From Azolla caroliniana (lineage: Eukaryota > Plantae > Polypodiophyta), in assembly GCA_043228905.1 (NCBI GenBank), contig JBHGNT010000001.1, positions 23,312,001 through 23,376,000 of the forward strand: 64,000 nucleotides of DNA. The letters run 5' to 3'. Both the position numbers and the translations under genes were made by a program. Positions 15,166 through 26,388 of the stretch are shown here, piece by piece. Every line of letters begins with the position of its first letter. The first letter of the stretch is position 1. Below the pieces are notes generated by a model. That model was not told the DNA's origin and ran no database searches. It saw nothing but the letters and a program-made list of their open reading frames with translations.

Positions 15166-15401
15166 AAATCATGCCAACAAAACATAAGCCGAAATAGATA
15201 ATCAAAACATTTATGTGGATAAATAGAAAGAAGGGGAAAAAAACAATATGCATAGAAACAAAATGACCCAAAAACACGAGGAGAAGTGGAAGTATAATGC
15301 TCGATCAAATGCTCTTCAGACCAGATGAATAAGAGGAAGGGAAATGCAAGAGACACAGGCAACGAAATTACCTTCCATTTGGGTCTCTTCTTGCGTGCCA
15401 T
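1764..15401 (-). CDS. PhoD-like (alkaline phosphatase D / metallophosphatase fold) type II membrane protein, 14 exons, 547 aa; catalytic ligands largely substituted
   Basis: Hand-spliced exons 5'->3': 15401-15372, 14302-14073, 9746-9628, 9513-9452, 8573-8455, 7782-7665, 7366-7218, 6305-6232, 3312-3173, 3081-2971, 2861-2709, 2534-2411, 2090-2011, 1898-1764. Total is 1644 nt and all phases are compatible. Introns are GT-AG except one probable GC-AG. PhoD landmarks occur in order: RIAFGS, PQPIW, WIWTGDMAYMD, ILGTYGGHDYGW, FLDAMGEP..SPRR, YLLDERYYRD, ILGQEQRRWLE, DDWECY, LLTGGLEY, YQVMASGLT, FGMIEVNW. The N-terminus is basic (MARKKRPKWK) and followed by a hydrophobic segment (IVGIMGLLSVIASLVSVAVL). 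Confidence 0.85.
3900..5300 (-). mobile_element. Degenerate Ty3/gypsy pol remnant (protease, RT, RNase H) inside a PhoD intron
   Basis: Minus-strand fragments: AILYTGAGVSII (decayed DTG aspartic protease, ORF 5006-5263), YHRWFVKML (YYRRFV-like), SIGTVFAQ and AECNYSITGREALTMIYSVKKFEHDLL (gypsy RNase H). Many stops and frameshifts; boundaries approximate. Confidence 0.75.
6440..6830 (-). mobile_element. Highly decayed L1-type LINE RT fragment (intronic)
   Basis: ORF 6446-6676 FLFLRYLGFGKVKESLLWAKTYEQ..LAKLFPYVDLV resembles the L1 RT segment F.P.RYI....QE.I.WAK...Q..LKLDF.KAYD.V. Confidence 0.35.
10430..10830 (+). mobile_element. LINE ORF2 fragment (post-RT region)
   Basis: Reads LLYGIEVWGGSTFATSWNEIEN at ~10578-10643, homologous to LLYGVEVWGGSIPKSTWKEFEN in ORF 33914-34741. 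Confidence 0.65.
10915..13030 (-). mobile_element. 5'-truncated LINE (RT to 3' tail), RTEX/RTE-like, in PhoD intron 2
   Basis: RT motifs QAGFRKGF, CCFVDFRKAFD, VK*GCPLSPTLFGLYID, LLYADDIVL, INMDKTKVM. The 3' terminus GGTCTTATAGGCCATTTTGGCCTCTTAAAAGACGTTAATATA is followed by (TCTT)n at ~10915-10972. Confidence 0.85.
15113..15162. repeat. (AT)n(AG)n compound microsatellite in PhoD intron 1
   Basis: Direct reading. Confidence 0.95.
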
Positions 15402-16619
15402 AACTTCGTAGATGTAGCATCTGAGAAAGAGAAAGGCAAGTCTGATACGAGGGTGGGAGGCAGAGAATGAATGAGTGAGTGAGTGAGTGAGTGAGTGAGT
15501 AGTAGTAGTAACACGGAATATGCTCTTCTTAGTGTGTTAGTGCTTTCCGAAGATCTTTATGTTCATTTTGGGTGTCTCGTTCTCGAAGAGATGAGGAGGT
15601 ACCCGGAAAATAAGTGAATTAATGACTGAAAGTCAGTATGTCAAAATTAATGCCAAAATTAAACCATTTAAGACGAAGCTAAGCAAATTACATAAAGAAA
15701 TAAAGAATGGAAAAAGATGAAGCAAGTCTGAATCAGAAAAAGGGTGAAACTATATATGATTATGTATGTATTGTATGTATGTATGTATGTATGGGATTCC
15801 CCAAAACTTGGCATTCATTTCGTGAAATGTAGAGGGCTTCTCCTTCCTTCTTGTGTGACTCTTGTGGATATGTAGTTATAGAGGCAATCCCGTAATAATT
15901 GCCCTCGGTTTTTCTATACCATACCAATTTCTTATTTAGATCTAAAGAGAACTCTTTGGCATACAACGCACGCGATTTGTCATTAGACATATGTACAGAC
16001 TACCCGATGTGTGTTTCGAACTTTAAATCGGCTTGATTATGAGAGTTTGTACTCTGGGAGCCTTTGACCCCCATTCTGGTTCATCTTGTTTTGCTCAATC
16101 CTTCGGCATCGTAACCTCATACGGAGGAGGGCTTCTTGTGTCTTGTGTGACAATCCTTTCCTCATTGGAAGAGCTTCATTTACTAAATATGTATTATGAG
16201 GATTTGAAAAATGGTAGCTAGTATGCTCCATGTCATAGAATCTCTTAGTAGTTATGATTATTCATCGTGTAAAGAAAAAACGAGCCAAATCTAGGTTGAT
16301 ATTATTTCATGCAACTATTTGTCATGGTTGATGCTTGAGTACAAAAAATTGACATTATTGGTAACGCTAGCTAATGATTAATGTGCTACTTTTCTATTGA
16401 CACCGTATTACTTTCGATTTTTTTTGTTTAAATTTATACTTGTTTAATAGAGAAGAGTAACCCTCATGGAGTTATGGTTTCTATTGGACACATCATCATA
16501 AGGAAAAGGTTTACTATCTTCAATGTCATTCACTAATTACTAATTAAGAGAGAGAGAGAGAGAGAGAGAAATTTATAAGACAATGTCTAATTATCATTAA
16601 AATTGAAAATTACATTAGG

Positions 16620-16677
16620 ATGGTGAAATGCAAACTAGTTTCACCCTTACGGGGGCTCATCAGTGCCAAATGACCAT
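16620..16677 (-). ncRNA. Minimal type I hammerhead ribozyme, intact core
   Basis: Minus strand reads ATGGTCATTTGGCA-CTGATGA-GCCCCCGTAAGGGT-GAAA-CTAG-TT^TGCATTTCACCAT. It has the CUGAUGA and GAAA cores, stem II, palindromic stem III ACUAGU, a GUU cleavage triplet, and stem I GCA/UGC plus AUGGU/ACCAU. Confidence 0.7.
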
Positions 16678-16969
16678 GTAGGGTGTAAGATGGTTTATAT
16701 AGAGATTTGAGAGAGAATGAAAATAGAGAGTGGAGTGTGTTAGGGGTGTGTGCTTGAAAAGGGGAGGATTTGAAGATAGAAGAAACGAGGTTTTAATGAG
16801 GTTTCTTAAAATACTCTTATGCCTTTCCCCTATTTTTTTACTTTCCTACCTCTCCCTCCCCTTTCTATATTTTCCTCCTTTTTTCACCATACCCTTCCTC
16901 CCTACTCTTTTTTCTATTTTATTTTATATGTACCCCTCCTCCCTTTTATTCCCTTTCTCATTTTATTCT

Positions 16970-16974
<5 letters not shown>

Positions 16975-17036
<62 letters not shown>
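16975..17036. repeat. (CT)n microsatellite
   Basis: Direct reading, about 30 units. Confidence 0.95.
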
Positions 17037-17038
<2 letters not shown>

Positions 17039-17040
<2 letters not shown>

Positions 17041-17096
17041 GTCTCATGGGCCAAATTTTGGCCTTAAAAGACGTTAATATATCTTTCTTTCTTTCT
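17039..17096 (+). mobile_element. Extremely 5'-truncated LINE 3' end with (TCTT)n tail
   Basis: GTCTCATGGGCCAAATTTTGGCCTTAAAAGACGTTAATATATCTTTCTTTCTTTC closely matches the terminus of the minus-strand LINE at 10915-10972. Confidence 0.7.
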
Positions 17097-17526
17097 TATG
17101 TTGGCACCCTTTTCCTATATCCCCCCTTCCCTTCCCTTTCTCTTTCTTCCTTTTTACACGTTCCCCACGCCCCCTCCCCCAATAGTTTTCTCTCTCCTCC
17201 CCTCACGTATTCCTTCCTCCCTCTCTCCTACTTTTTACTTTTCCTTCCTTCTTACCTTTTGTCCCCTCTCTCTTTTGTCTTTCTCTTTATATCCTTCCTC
17301 TCTTTCTCCCACGTTTTTATCTCTATCCTCTTCTTTTTTACATTCACCACCCCCATTATCACCGCCTCTTTTCCCATCTCTTATCCCGCTTATCACATTA
17401 AACCTCATTCCTTCTATCTTTAAACCCTCCCCTTTTCAATCACACCCCACTCTCTGTTTTCATTCTCACACAAATCTCTACTTTTAATCTCTCTCAAATC
17501 TCTATATAAACCATCCTACACCCCAC

Positions 17527-17584
17527 ATGGTCATTCGGCACTAATGAGCCCCCGTAGGGGCGAAACTAGTTTGCACTTGACCAT
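17527..17584 (+). ncRNA. Minimal type I hammerhead ribozyme, core G>A mutated (CUAAUGA)
   Basis: ATGGTCA-TTCG-GCA-CTAATGA-GCCCC-CGTA-GGGGC-GAAA-CTAG-TT^TGC-ACT-TGACCAT. It has a perfect 5-bp stem II and a 7-bp distal stem I (ATGGTCA/TGACCAT). Predicted cleavage is after 17571. CTATATAAA lies ~17 nt upstream. Confidence 0.65.
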
Positions 17585-17817
17585 ATTTATCCCCATGTAG
17601 TTCTTCTAATCTTAATGATGTTTAGACTTGTTTTTAATCTATCTCTCTCATAAGTTATAACATGATAGTAGTATTGTTTTAGTTGTTTTTAATTAATAAT
17701 TAATAATTAATCCTCCCTCCCTCTTTCTTTCTCACTATGTCTTTAGGTTTGTAGGTATATTTAGGTTTTAATTCAAAGTTTAATCTCTCTCTCTCTCTCT
17801 CATATTATACTTGTAGT

Positions 17818-18355
17818 TGTAGAGGATACTACCGGCCATAACCAATTGATACACTTTCATATGCAAGTGCAAAGATTAAGACAACAGTACACAAACAAAC
17901 AGAAACAGAAGTACAAATGCATAAGTATTTTAACGTGGAAACGCTGAAAGGGAAAAAACCATGTGGAGTCCACAAACTCCCAAAACGAATCACTATGATG
18001 GGAGGAATACAACAAGAAGCTTCAAGGCAACGACCTTGACCTCTTCTTCGTCATAGGCAATTATAGAGATACTCACACACTCTCTTGCACTCTAGTTATA
18101 GAAGGCAACCACAAACTGTAACCTTTTTTTTTCAACAATGATCATAATCCTCATCTTAACTACTTGCCCTAACTATATTTATACTCATATACATAAATGA
18201 CTATTTACAAATATACCCTCGAATCGGCTCCAACCGATTCGACTATTAGCCGAATCGATTTTCAATCAATTGTCGATTAGTCAATAATTCGGCCTTGGCC
18301 AAGTTAGCCATCGACTGATTTGGCTTATCTCTCCATTTGAACCAGTTTCCTAACG
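17818..18355 (-). mobile_element. Possible solo LTR (copia-type)
   Basis: Ends TGTAG...CTAACG, with flanks GTAGT/ATAGT as a possible 5-bp TSD (1 mismatch). Internal TTTAACGTGGAAAC..GGAAAAAACCA and a reverse TATA (TATTTATA) are reminiscent of plant copia LTRs. Confidence 0.35.
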
Positions 18356-18514
18356 ATAGTAGTATTTAATTTTTATTTCTAATCCTCATTAGTAATTTAA
18401 TCTCTCCCTCGTTTATCTTGCACGCCTCCCTCTCCATGCCATGTATCAACAGATGGCACACCTTTTCGCACTCATTGTGTGTGACCTAACGGTTGACAAA
18501 ACCCTAATTAGTGT

Positions 18515-18578
<64 letters not shown>

Positions 18579-18853
18579 TCACTCCATCCATCATTGTTTA
18601 CATTCTATAGCTCATTAGAAAGCTTTCTAAGGAATGTTCATTTACTGAATTCCGTTACCATGGCGAGAAGTTATGAGCATTTTCGTCTGCATCCATCTTT
18701 GCCCCACGGCTCCTCAAACGCAAGGTATATTTTGAAGCCCTAAATCAAGTGAAAGGTACATTTTCTCTCTCCCTCTCTCCCTCTCTCTCTCTTCTCGTAG
18801 GGTTTGGTCCTACACTGACACACACTCGTAAGGCCACCTCAAAGTTCGGGAGT

Positions 18854-19826
18854 ATGATTGATAATGAACCGAAATCGCCAACAAATGTTGATTCCAATGC
18901 AATAAACACAATGGAAAAAATGCTTATGAGTCTCTTGATTTCTCTTCAAGAAACCATAAACAAGCAAGGTAAAGAGATTAGGATGTTAATGAAAGAGAAT
19001 GCTAAGCTCCAAACTATTGCCATTGAGAATGAAATTCTTAAGAAAGTGGTTGCAAAACTTGAAGAAAATATTCAAGAATGTAAAAGAGTTTCTTTCGAAA
19101 CAAATGAGTGTCTTAATAAGATTGAGTTAAAGGAAGCATTAAAAGAATAAAAATTAGACACGATGAGGCGGGATGTAAGTGAGATGAAAAATGTATGTAC
19201 AACGAAATCATGGGCCGATGTATGTGGTGGGGATGGGGTATCAAACTCATCTAATATGCATGTGATGCATCAAGAGAAGAATCTAGAAAGCATAGATGCT
19301 CGAGAATTGAAAGAGCGTGAACGAAGATCGAAGAACATTGTTATCCGTGGGATTAAAGAGGAGAGTATGGAAACACCCACTTCCCTTGGAAAGGCCATCG
19401 GTGAAATTTTTAGCATGCATTATGGGATGTCGGATGTGAATGTATATGGGGCACACCGAGTTGGGAAACATGGTGTTACTCGCTCTGGAGAAAGGCCCAT
19501 TGTATGCACAATGACAGATGATACAAAGCAGCGGATCATACTCGAAAATAGTTGGGTATACCTCACATGTGAATGTATATGGGGCACACCGAGTTGGGAA
19601 ACATGGTGTTACTCGCTCTGGAGAAAGGCCCATTGTATGCACAATGACGGATGATACAAAGCAGCGGATCATACTCGAAAATAGTTGGGTATACCTCACA
19701 GGTACGCAATGCTTTGTGAGTGAAGATCATACTATCTCACAACAAAATGCCTGTCATAAAGCATATGAAGAAAGATTGAAAAATAAGGTTAAGGATGTGC
19801 TTAAAGATGGAAATGTAGGCAAATAG
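18854..19826 (+). pseudogene. LINE ORF1 (coiled-coil + RRM-like), disrupted
   Basis: A coiled-coil region is followed by ERERRSKNIVIRGIKE..AHRVG..RPIV..FVSED. There is an in-frame TAA at 19148-19150 and a 133-bp tandem duplication causing a frameshift. Confidence 0.8.
19434..19699 (+). repeat. 133-bp tandem duplication in LINE ORF1
   Basis: 19434-19566 and 19567-19699 are identical except for one A/G difference seen. Confidence 0.95.
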
Positions 19827-20081
19827 GGACACGTGACCTATGAGACTAAACCACATCTTTTACGACTATGTTTTTGGAATTGCAATGGATACCCATGGAA
19901 TGCGGGATTCGACATAGAGGAGTTAATCGATGACTCAGATATCACACTTCTTATTGAAACATAAGAGCATGATACTCAAAGGATTCAAGGTTTAGGAAAC
20001 TATAATGTACACTCTTTGATATGGGAGAGAAATCCAAGACAAAGAAGAGGACAAGGAGGGGTGGCATGTTTGATTAAGAAG
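19827..20081 (+). pseudogene. LINE ORF2 segment 1 (APE endonuclease N-terminus)
   Basis: LRLCFWNCNG..DITLLIET*..RRGQGGVACLIKK. Confidence 0.8.
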
Positions 20082-20546
20082 TGTTGAGAATCAAGCTCAA
20101 CATAGGACAACATGTGAACACACCTTTTGAGAATCCATGATTACTCAAAAGTCAAGAGTCACACCACTACTCTCTACACATTAACTATGTGTCATAGAAT
20201 CATATTCTATGACATATAACCAATGAGTTACATATTCCCCATGACTATGAGTCTTCACATTCCCCAAGAGAGAGAGTGGTTGTTGTAAAGTTAATGAAGA
20301 GAGAGGGTGACTCTATATAAAGCACCCTCCTCATACTTCATACTAAGTCGGTTGTGACTCCTTATTATGCTACATTTTGTAAATCTCATTCTACTTGTGA
20401 AATATACACCTTCTTCTTGAGTATTCTATTTTCCTATCATTTATCTATCTTGAGTTCTCTTTTCTCTCCACTCTTCTTCTCTCACACATAAACGCACATA
20501 ACACACATCTATTCCGCTACACAAGAATCACCATTGATTCTTTACA
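20082..20546 (+). repeat. copia-1 5' LTR
   Basis: Direct repeat of 24883-25347; contains CTATATAAAG TATA. Confidence 0.97.
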
Positions 20547-20713
20547 TGGTATCAGAGCGATTTGGTAGCTCGATCTAGCCCACTCGCCTCATCGGGATCG
20601 TGTGTTGTGCTCTACGCCGACGTTCAAGAAGAACCAGCTCATCGCTATCGTAGTACCACTACATAGCTCGTGTTCGAGAGAGAAGGAAAAGAAGAAAGGA
20701 AGCTTAATCGACA

Positions 20714-23700
20714 ATGAATACTCAAATGTGGAGCGCTCTCCCTAGCGAGAAGTTGGACCGAAACAACTTCACATCTTGGGAGTACAAGATGCACCAATAC
20801 CTTATCAGCCAAGGCTATTGGGGTTACATCAAGGGAGCACAAGAAAACTGACCCAAGCCGGAAGACGCCGACTATGCAACGTGGGAGCAAGCGGCAAGCC
20901 GAGTGATGTATTGCTTGGCGACATGTGTTCACGACCACATGCTCGGCTACATTCGACAAGCCAAGACGCCGAAGGAAGCGTGGGAAAATCTACGAAAGAT
21001 TTTCACCGCCAACACGACTGTGAGAAAGCTTCAACACCGCCAAGAGTTGAATAACATTCAACAACGGGATATGTCCATTACAAGCTATACCTTGAACATC
21101 AAGGAGCTTTGCGACTTGCTTGGCTCGATAAGCGTCAATGTGGACGATGATGAGATGGTGCAAATATGCCTCGGACAGAGGAAGAGGACGCGGTCGTGCA
21201 AGAAGAGGCCGATTCGGCCAAGGACGTGGCGGACGAGGCGGACAAGGCCCGATTTATGAAAACAACTCGCAATTTCGGCATCAAGACAGAAGCCATCGAG
21301 GAACCTTCGGAAGAAGGGGGAGCTTCCATTCCGGTCCGAACCGACAAAGCTCGGTCGAATGCGGATATTGCGGAAAAATCGGTCACCACGAAGAAGAATG
21401 TCGTAAGAAGATACGCGAGTCGACTTCCACTAGCCGACAACTCACGAACTATGCCATCAACTCTGATTATGATGATCGCGGCGGAATGTTCGTGATGAGA
21501 CATAGAGCGAATTCTATGTCGGCCTCTACTTCCACTAGTGCCTCCAGTTTGGAATGGAAGACGTATAGTTCATCGATTCCGGTGCCTCGAACCATATGAC
21601 GTCGCATCAAGAATGGTTCCGAGAACTTCGAGAGCCAGACCGTCCTGGCTATGTTGAAACCGGAAACGACACTACGCATCCGATTCGGCACATCGACAAT
21701 GTTCCATTCGGAGAAGAAGATAAGGAAACTTATATTAAAAATGTTTTGCATGTACCAAGTATCACGAAGAATTTGGTCTCTGTCGGCCAAATTGTAGAGC
21801 AAGGAATGCAAGTACAATTTAATCAATGTGGTTGCTTCATCGAAAAAGAGGGCCGACTCATCGCTCGCGGACAAAAGAGGGCCGAATGTTCATTCTTGAC
21901 TCACACGAGATGAAATTGGCCATGTTCACAAAGGGCGTGAAAGCCGATTCCGACATAGAGGTATGGCACAAGCCGATTGGCCATATAAATCTCCAAAAGC
22001 TCAAGGCAATGCAATCGAAAGAAGTCGTCATCGGGCTCCCGACACTCGCGGAGAAGGAGATTGAACGCGTGTGTGCCGCTTGCCAATTCGGCAAGCAACA
22101 TCGGCACCCTTTTCCGAAGGAGTGGAATGTGAGCAAAGGCGTACTCAACGTAATTCATTCCGATGTATGGGGTTTGGCTCAGACGACGACATTCGGCGGA
22201 AGCCGATACTACATGACCTTCATTGACGACTTCTCTAGGCACACTTGGATCTACCCGATGCGGAAAAAGAGAGAAGTAATCGGACACTTACAAAATTCAA
22301 GAATCAAGTCGAGACAGCCACGGGCCGACATATACGATGTCTTCGGTCGGATGGAGGCAAGGAGTACTTCTCCGACGAATTTTCGGCGTTTCTACGAAAA
22401 GAAGGAATACGGCGAGAATTTTCGTGTCGACATACGCCGCAACAAAACGGAGTGGCCGGACGCAAGAATCGGCACATCCTCGAAGTGGCACAGGCTATGC
22501 TTAATGAAAAGCACATGCCGAAATCGTATTGGGCGGAAGCAGCTAACATGGCCGTCTATCTCATGAATCGGTGTACGACATTGGGTGTGTACAAACTTAC
22601 TCCGCACGAGAAGTTCTTCGTAAAGAAGCCGGACCTATCGCATGTTCAGATATTTGGCTCCATTGCGTATGTGCACATCCCCGACGAGAAGCGTCAAAAG
22701 CTCGACCCGAAGTCGGAAAAATGTATCCTCGTAGAATACTCACTGGAGCAAAAGGGGTACAAGTGCTACAACCCCTCAACTCGAAAATCTCCCGTAAGTC
22801 GAGACGTCGTTTTCGACGAGTCCGCATCCTGGTACGCACCAGAGACAACTTCGACTTCAATTCCGCTCGACCCGGATTTCGCCGAAATAGAGATAGAAGC
22901 CGAAGATCGACTCACGCGCATGTTCGAAGAAAGCCCAATTACGACAAGGCTTAGTGGGCCACAAAAGCCCCCGAGCGATCAAAGCACATCTCGGTCGAGT
23001 TCGAAGATGGACAAAGGGAAGGCGAAAATGCCGGAGTATGAAGAAGATCACTTCGATGGCAACGAATCAACTCACTCCCTCAATAGTGAGTTTGAAGGCC
23101 TTGAGATCCGGACAAATGGAGCGGAGAACGCCGTAGTATCCACAAACGAGAAGCTCTGCCGATCCACCCGTGAAAAGAACCCCGTAAGCCGATTCGGCTA
23201 CAAGGATCATATGGCGTACCATTACGCCTTTATGATGAAGGTAGCAACAGTACAGGAGCTGGAAACCTTTTCCAAAGCCGCGAAGGACCCGCGATGGATC
23301 AAAGCAATGAACGAGGAGATGTGTGCGTTACGCAAGAACGAGACATGGGATCTCGTTCCCCACTCACTGCACAAGAAGGCAATCGGTTGCAGATGGATCT
23401 ACAAGGTGACGTATAACGCCGATGGCTCCGTAAACCACTACAAAGCTCAACTCGTAGCGAAAGGATACGCTCAGACGCATGGCGTCAACTATGAAGAGAC
23501 CTTTGCCCCGGTGGCAAAGATGACGACGATGCGGACCGTGATCGCACTTGCAACGGCAAAAGGGTGGCACCTCCACCAAATGGACGTCAAGAACGTCTTT
23601 CTCCAAGGCGAATTAGACGAGGGGGTCTACATGGTACAACCACCCGGCTTCGAATCGCGCATTCATCCAAAAGTCGTATGCCAACTCAAGAAGCCACTCT

Positions 23701-24869
23701 ACGGCCTTAAGTAAGCACCGCGTGCTTGGCATTTGAAGATTATGCACTATCTTCATCAAATCGGCTTTCAAATGTCAAAATCTAACAACTCCCTCTATGT
23801 ACGACACAACTCTAGAAGCTTAATTGTCATCATCCTATACGTGGATGATCTGGTCATTGGAGGTGAAAGTCTAGTCGACATCAACAAGGTCAAGTCCCTC
23901 CTCTCCGGAAAATTCGAGATGATGGACATGAAGGAGCTCCATTACTTCCTTGGCATCGAAGTAATTTGGATTCCGGCCGGCATTATGATCTCTCAACAAC
24001 ACTACATTCTCAACCTGTTATACAATTTCGGGATGACGAAGTGTAAATCGATCACTACGCCTCTCGATAGAAACCTCAAACTAGATACCGACTCCGGCAC
24101 GAACGAGTGCAATCCGACTCAATATTGTCAACTGATCGGGAGCCTCATCTAGCTCACGATCACTTGACCCGACCTTAGCTATCCAGTCGGACTCCTCAGC
24201 CAATTCATGCAAAAACCACGCGACACTCACTTGGATTGCGCTAAGCGAGTATTACGATACGTGAGCGACACAATGGATTATGACGTTCTCTACGCATCGG
24301 CCACACCAATACGACTCGAAGGGTACACAAATGTGGATTGGGCTGGCTACAAAGCCGATCGATGATCGACCTCCGGATTTGTCTTCTCCCTCGACAGCGG
24401 AGCGATTTCATGGAGTAGCAAGTAGCAGCCTATCGTCGCTCTTTCGAGTACGGAGGCAGAATACAGGGGCGCAACCGTAGTGGCGTGTGAAGCCATATGG
24501 CTCAAGAGGATTTTGAAGGATCTGGGTGTTCCCATCAAGGATCTGACTCCCCTTTACTGCGACAACATGAGCAGTATTTATCTGGCTCAGAACCCGGTGT
24601 TCCATGCATGCACGAAGCATATCGAAGTGCACTATCACTTCATTCGGGAGCGTGTTCAAGCCGGAGATGTCGACCTTCAACACATCAATACAAATCTTCA
24701 AACGGCCGACATCTTCACGAAGTCCCTAGGAACTGACAAGCTTCGGCAATTCATGTCAGACCTTGGATTGACGATCCCTGACTTGCCAAGCTTGAGGGGG
24801 AGTACAAGCGAGAACCGAATACCGAGCGTACACCGGAGATCATCCGAACCGGATACCAACCCGAGTTGA
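20714..24869 (+). pseudogene. copia-1 gag-pol (frameshifts and stops)
   Basis: EKLDRNNFTSWEYKM, zinc knuckle CGYCGKIGHHEEEC, protease FIDSGASNHM, integrase HSDVWG/RSDGGKEY/PQQNGVA, RT HQMDVKN/YVDDL, RNase H KHIEVHYHF/ADIFTK. Confidence 0.95.
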
Positions 24870-24882
24870 GCTTGAGGGGGCG

Positions 24883-25347
24883 TGTTGAGAATCAAGCTCA
24901 ACATAGCACAACGTGTGAACACACCTTTTGAGAATCCATGACTACTCAAAAGTCAAGAGTCACACCACTACTCTCTACACATTAACTATGTGTCATAGAA
25001 TCATATTTTATGACACATAACCAATGAGTTACATATTCCCCATGACTATGAGTCTTCACATTCCCCAAGAGAGAGAGTGGTTGTTGTAAAGTTAATGAAG
25101 AGAGAGGGTGACTCTATATAAAGCACCCTCCTCATACTTCATACTAAGTCGGTTGTGACTCCTTATTACGCTACATTTTGTAAATCTCATTCTACTTGTG
25201 AAATATACACCTTCTTCTTGAGTATTCTATTTTCCTATCATTTATCTATCTTGAGTTCTCTTTTCTCTCCACTCTTCTTCTCTCACACATATGCGCACAT
25301 AACACACATCTATTCCGCTACACAAGAATCACCATTGATTCTTTACA
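24883..25347 (+). repeat. copia-1 3' LTR
   Basis: Direct repeat of 20082-20546. Confidence 0.97.
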
Positions 25348-25352
25348 AGAAG

Positions 25353-26388
25353 GAAATAGAGAAATATGTGTCAATCGTAAAAAATGATGAACATAAATGC
25401 TACATATGGCTCAAAATAGAAACACCTAATGATTTGCCCACTTTTGTCGTTGGATGTTACATTCCTCATCAAGATTCTAACTTCTATGCTTATTTGGATA
25501 AGGATCAACCTTTTGCAAATCTAGAAGATGATATTGCTTATTTCAAATCCAAAGGGGAAGTTATTGTCTTTGGTGACATGAATGCTCGTACAAGAAGTTT
25601 CCAACTTGATTCACAAGAATCTCTCATGCCACATATCTAAAGGATGCAAGAGGATATACAAATGTATAGTCGAACTTCTAGCGATGAAAAAGATCCGGAC
25701 CAATTTGGGAAACTACTCCTACAAATGTGCAATAGTACCAGATTGCTTATTGCAAATGGTGTTTCCTTATGGCCCAATACTAACAGATTTACATGTAGAA
25801 AACATAATGGAAATAGTGTGATTGACTATGTGCTACTTTCTGAAGGTATTTTGGATCGTATACATAAATTCTCACTGGGGGAATGGACACTGGAATCCGA
25901 TAATAGGAATTTTATGTATTGATCTCAAATGTATGCATAGGTTTGATTGCGAGAAGGTCGTTGGAGATAGTAAACAAACGCAGTTGAGCATGAATATTAA
26001 GCGAGCGCCCATGTATTCCAAGATGGTTGAGGATATGTTACAAATGACAAAGACACAACATGGTGTCACACTAGAATGCAAATGGGAAGCTTTTAAGAAT
26101 GTCATTCTCTCTTGTACAAACAAATGTTTTTCGACAAACCGCACATCATGGAAATCCACTAAGAAATGTAAGAAAAAATGGTTTGATAAAGAATGTCATG
26201 AAGCTCGAAAGTGCCTTATGGTTTTGGATGTAGTTAAGAATAAAGAAAATTACCAAAAGCATTTGCATGACTATAAAAGGCTTATTCAAAGAAAGAGACG
26301 AACATGGGAAGTTACTCAACAACTTCTCCAAACGCAAGAGAAAGCACATGCATGGGCTAAATTTTGGGGAAATCTAAAGGGGAAACGT
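25353..26388 (+). pseudogene. LINE ORF2 segment 2 (APE endonuclease C-terminus + linker)
   Basis: VGCYIP, VIVFGDMNART, FGKLLLQMC, SVIDYVL, ESD, KKWFDKEC. Confidence 0.85.

Larger units (their letters stand above)
16550..17650. mobile_element. Foldback of two ~250-bp inverted arms, each carrying a TATA box and a hammerhead motif (Penelope-like pLTR / retrozyme-like remnant)
   Basis: ~16550-16800 is a diverged reverse complement of ~17390-17650 (e.g. GATGGTTTATATAGAGATTTGAGAGAG vs CTCTCTCAAATCTCTATATAAACCATC). The spacer is pyrimidine-rich. No PLE RT or GIY-YIG ORF is seen, so the class is inferred. Confidence 0.6.
20082..25347 (+). mobile_element. Complete Ty1/copia LTR retrotransposon (copia-1), non-functional
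   Basis: 465-bp LTRs TG..CA (20082-20546, 24883-25347; about 8 differences by eye), TSD AGAAG (20077-20081 / 25348-25352), PBS TGGTATCAGAGC (tRNA-iMet) at 20547-20558, PPT GAGGGGGCG before the 3' LTR. Domain order is gag-PR-INT-RT-RH. Confidence 0.97.

Noticed and set aside
16730-17487. Overlapping hydrophobic ORFs
   Set aside because: Translation of CT-rich low-complexity DNA.
17548-17570. Helitron 3' end (hairpin + CTAG|T)
   Set aside because: Homology between the two arms continues ~80 bp beyond CTAG, and the hairpin is bracketed by CT[G/A]ATGA and GAAA with a closing stem I. A hammerhead fits better.
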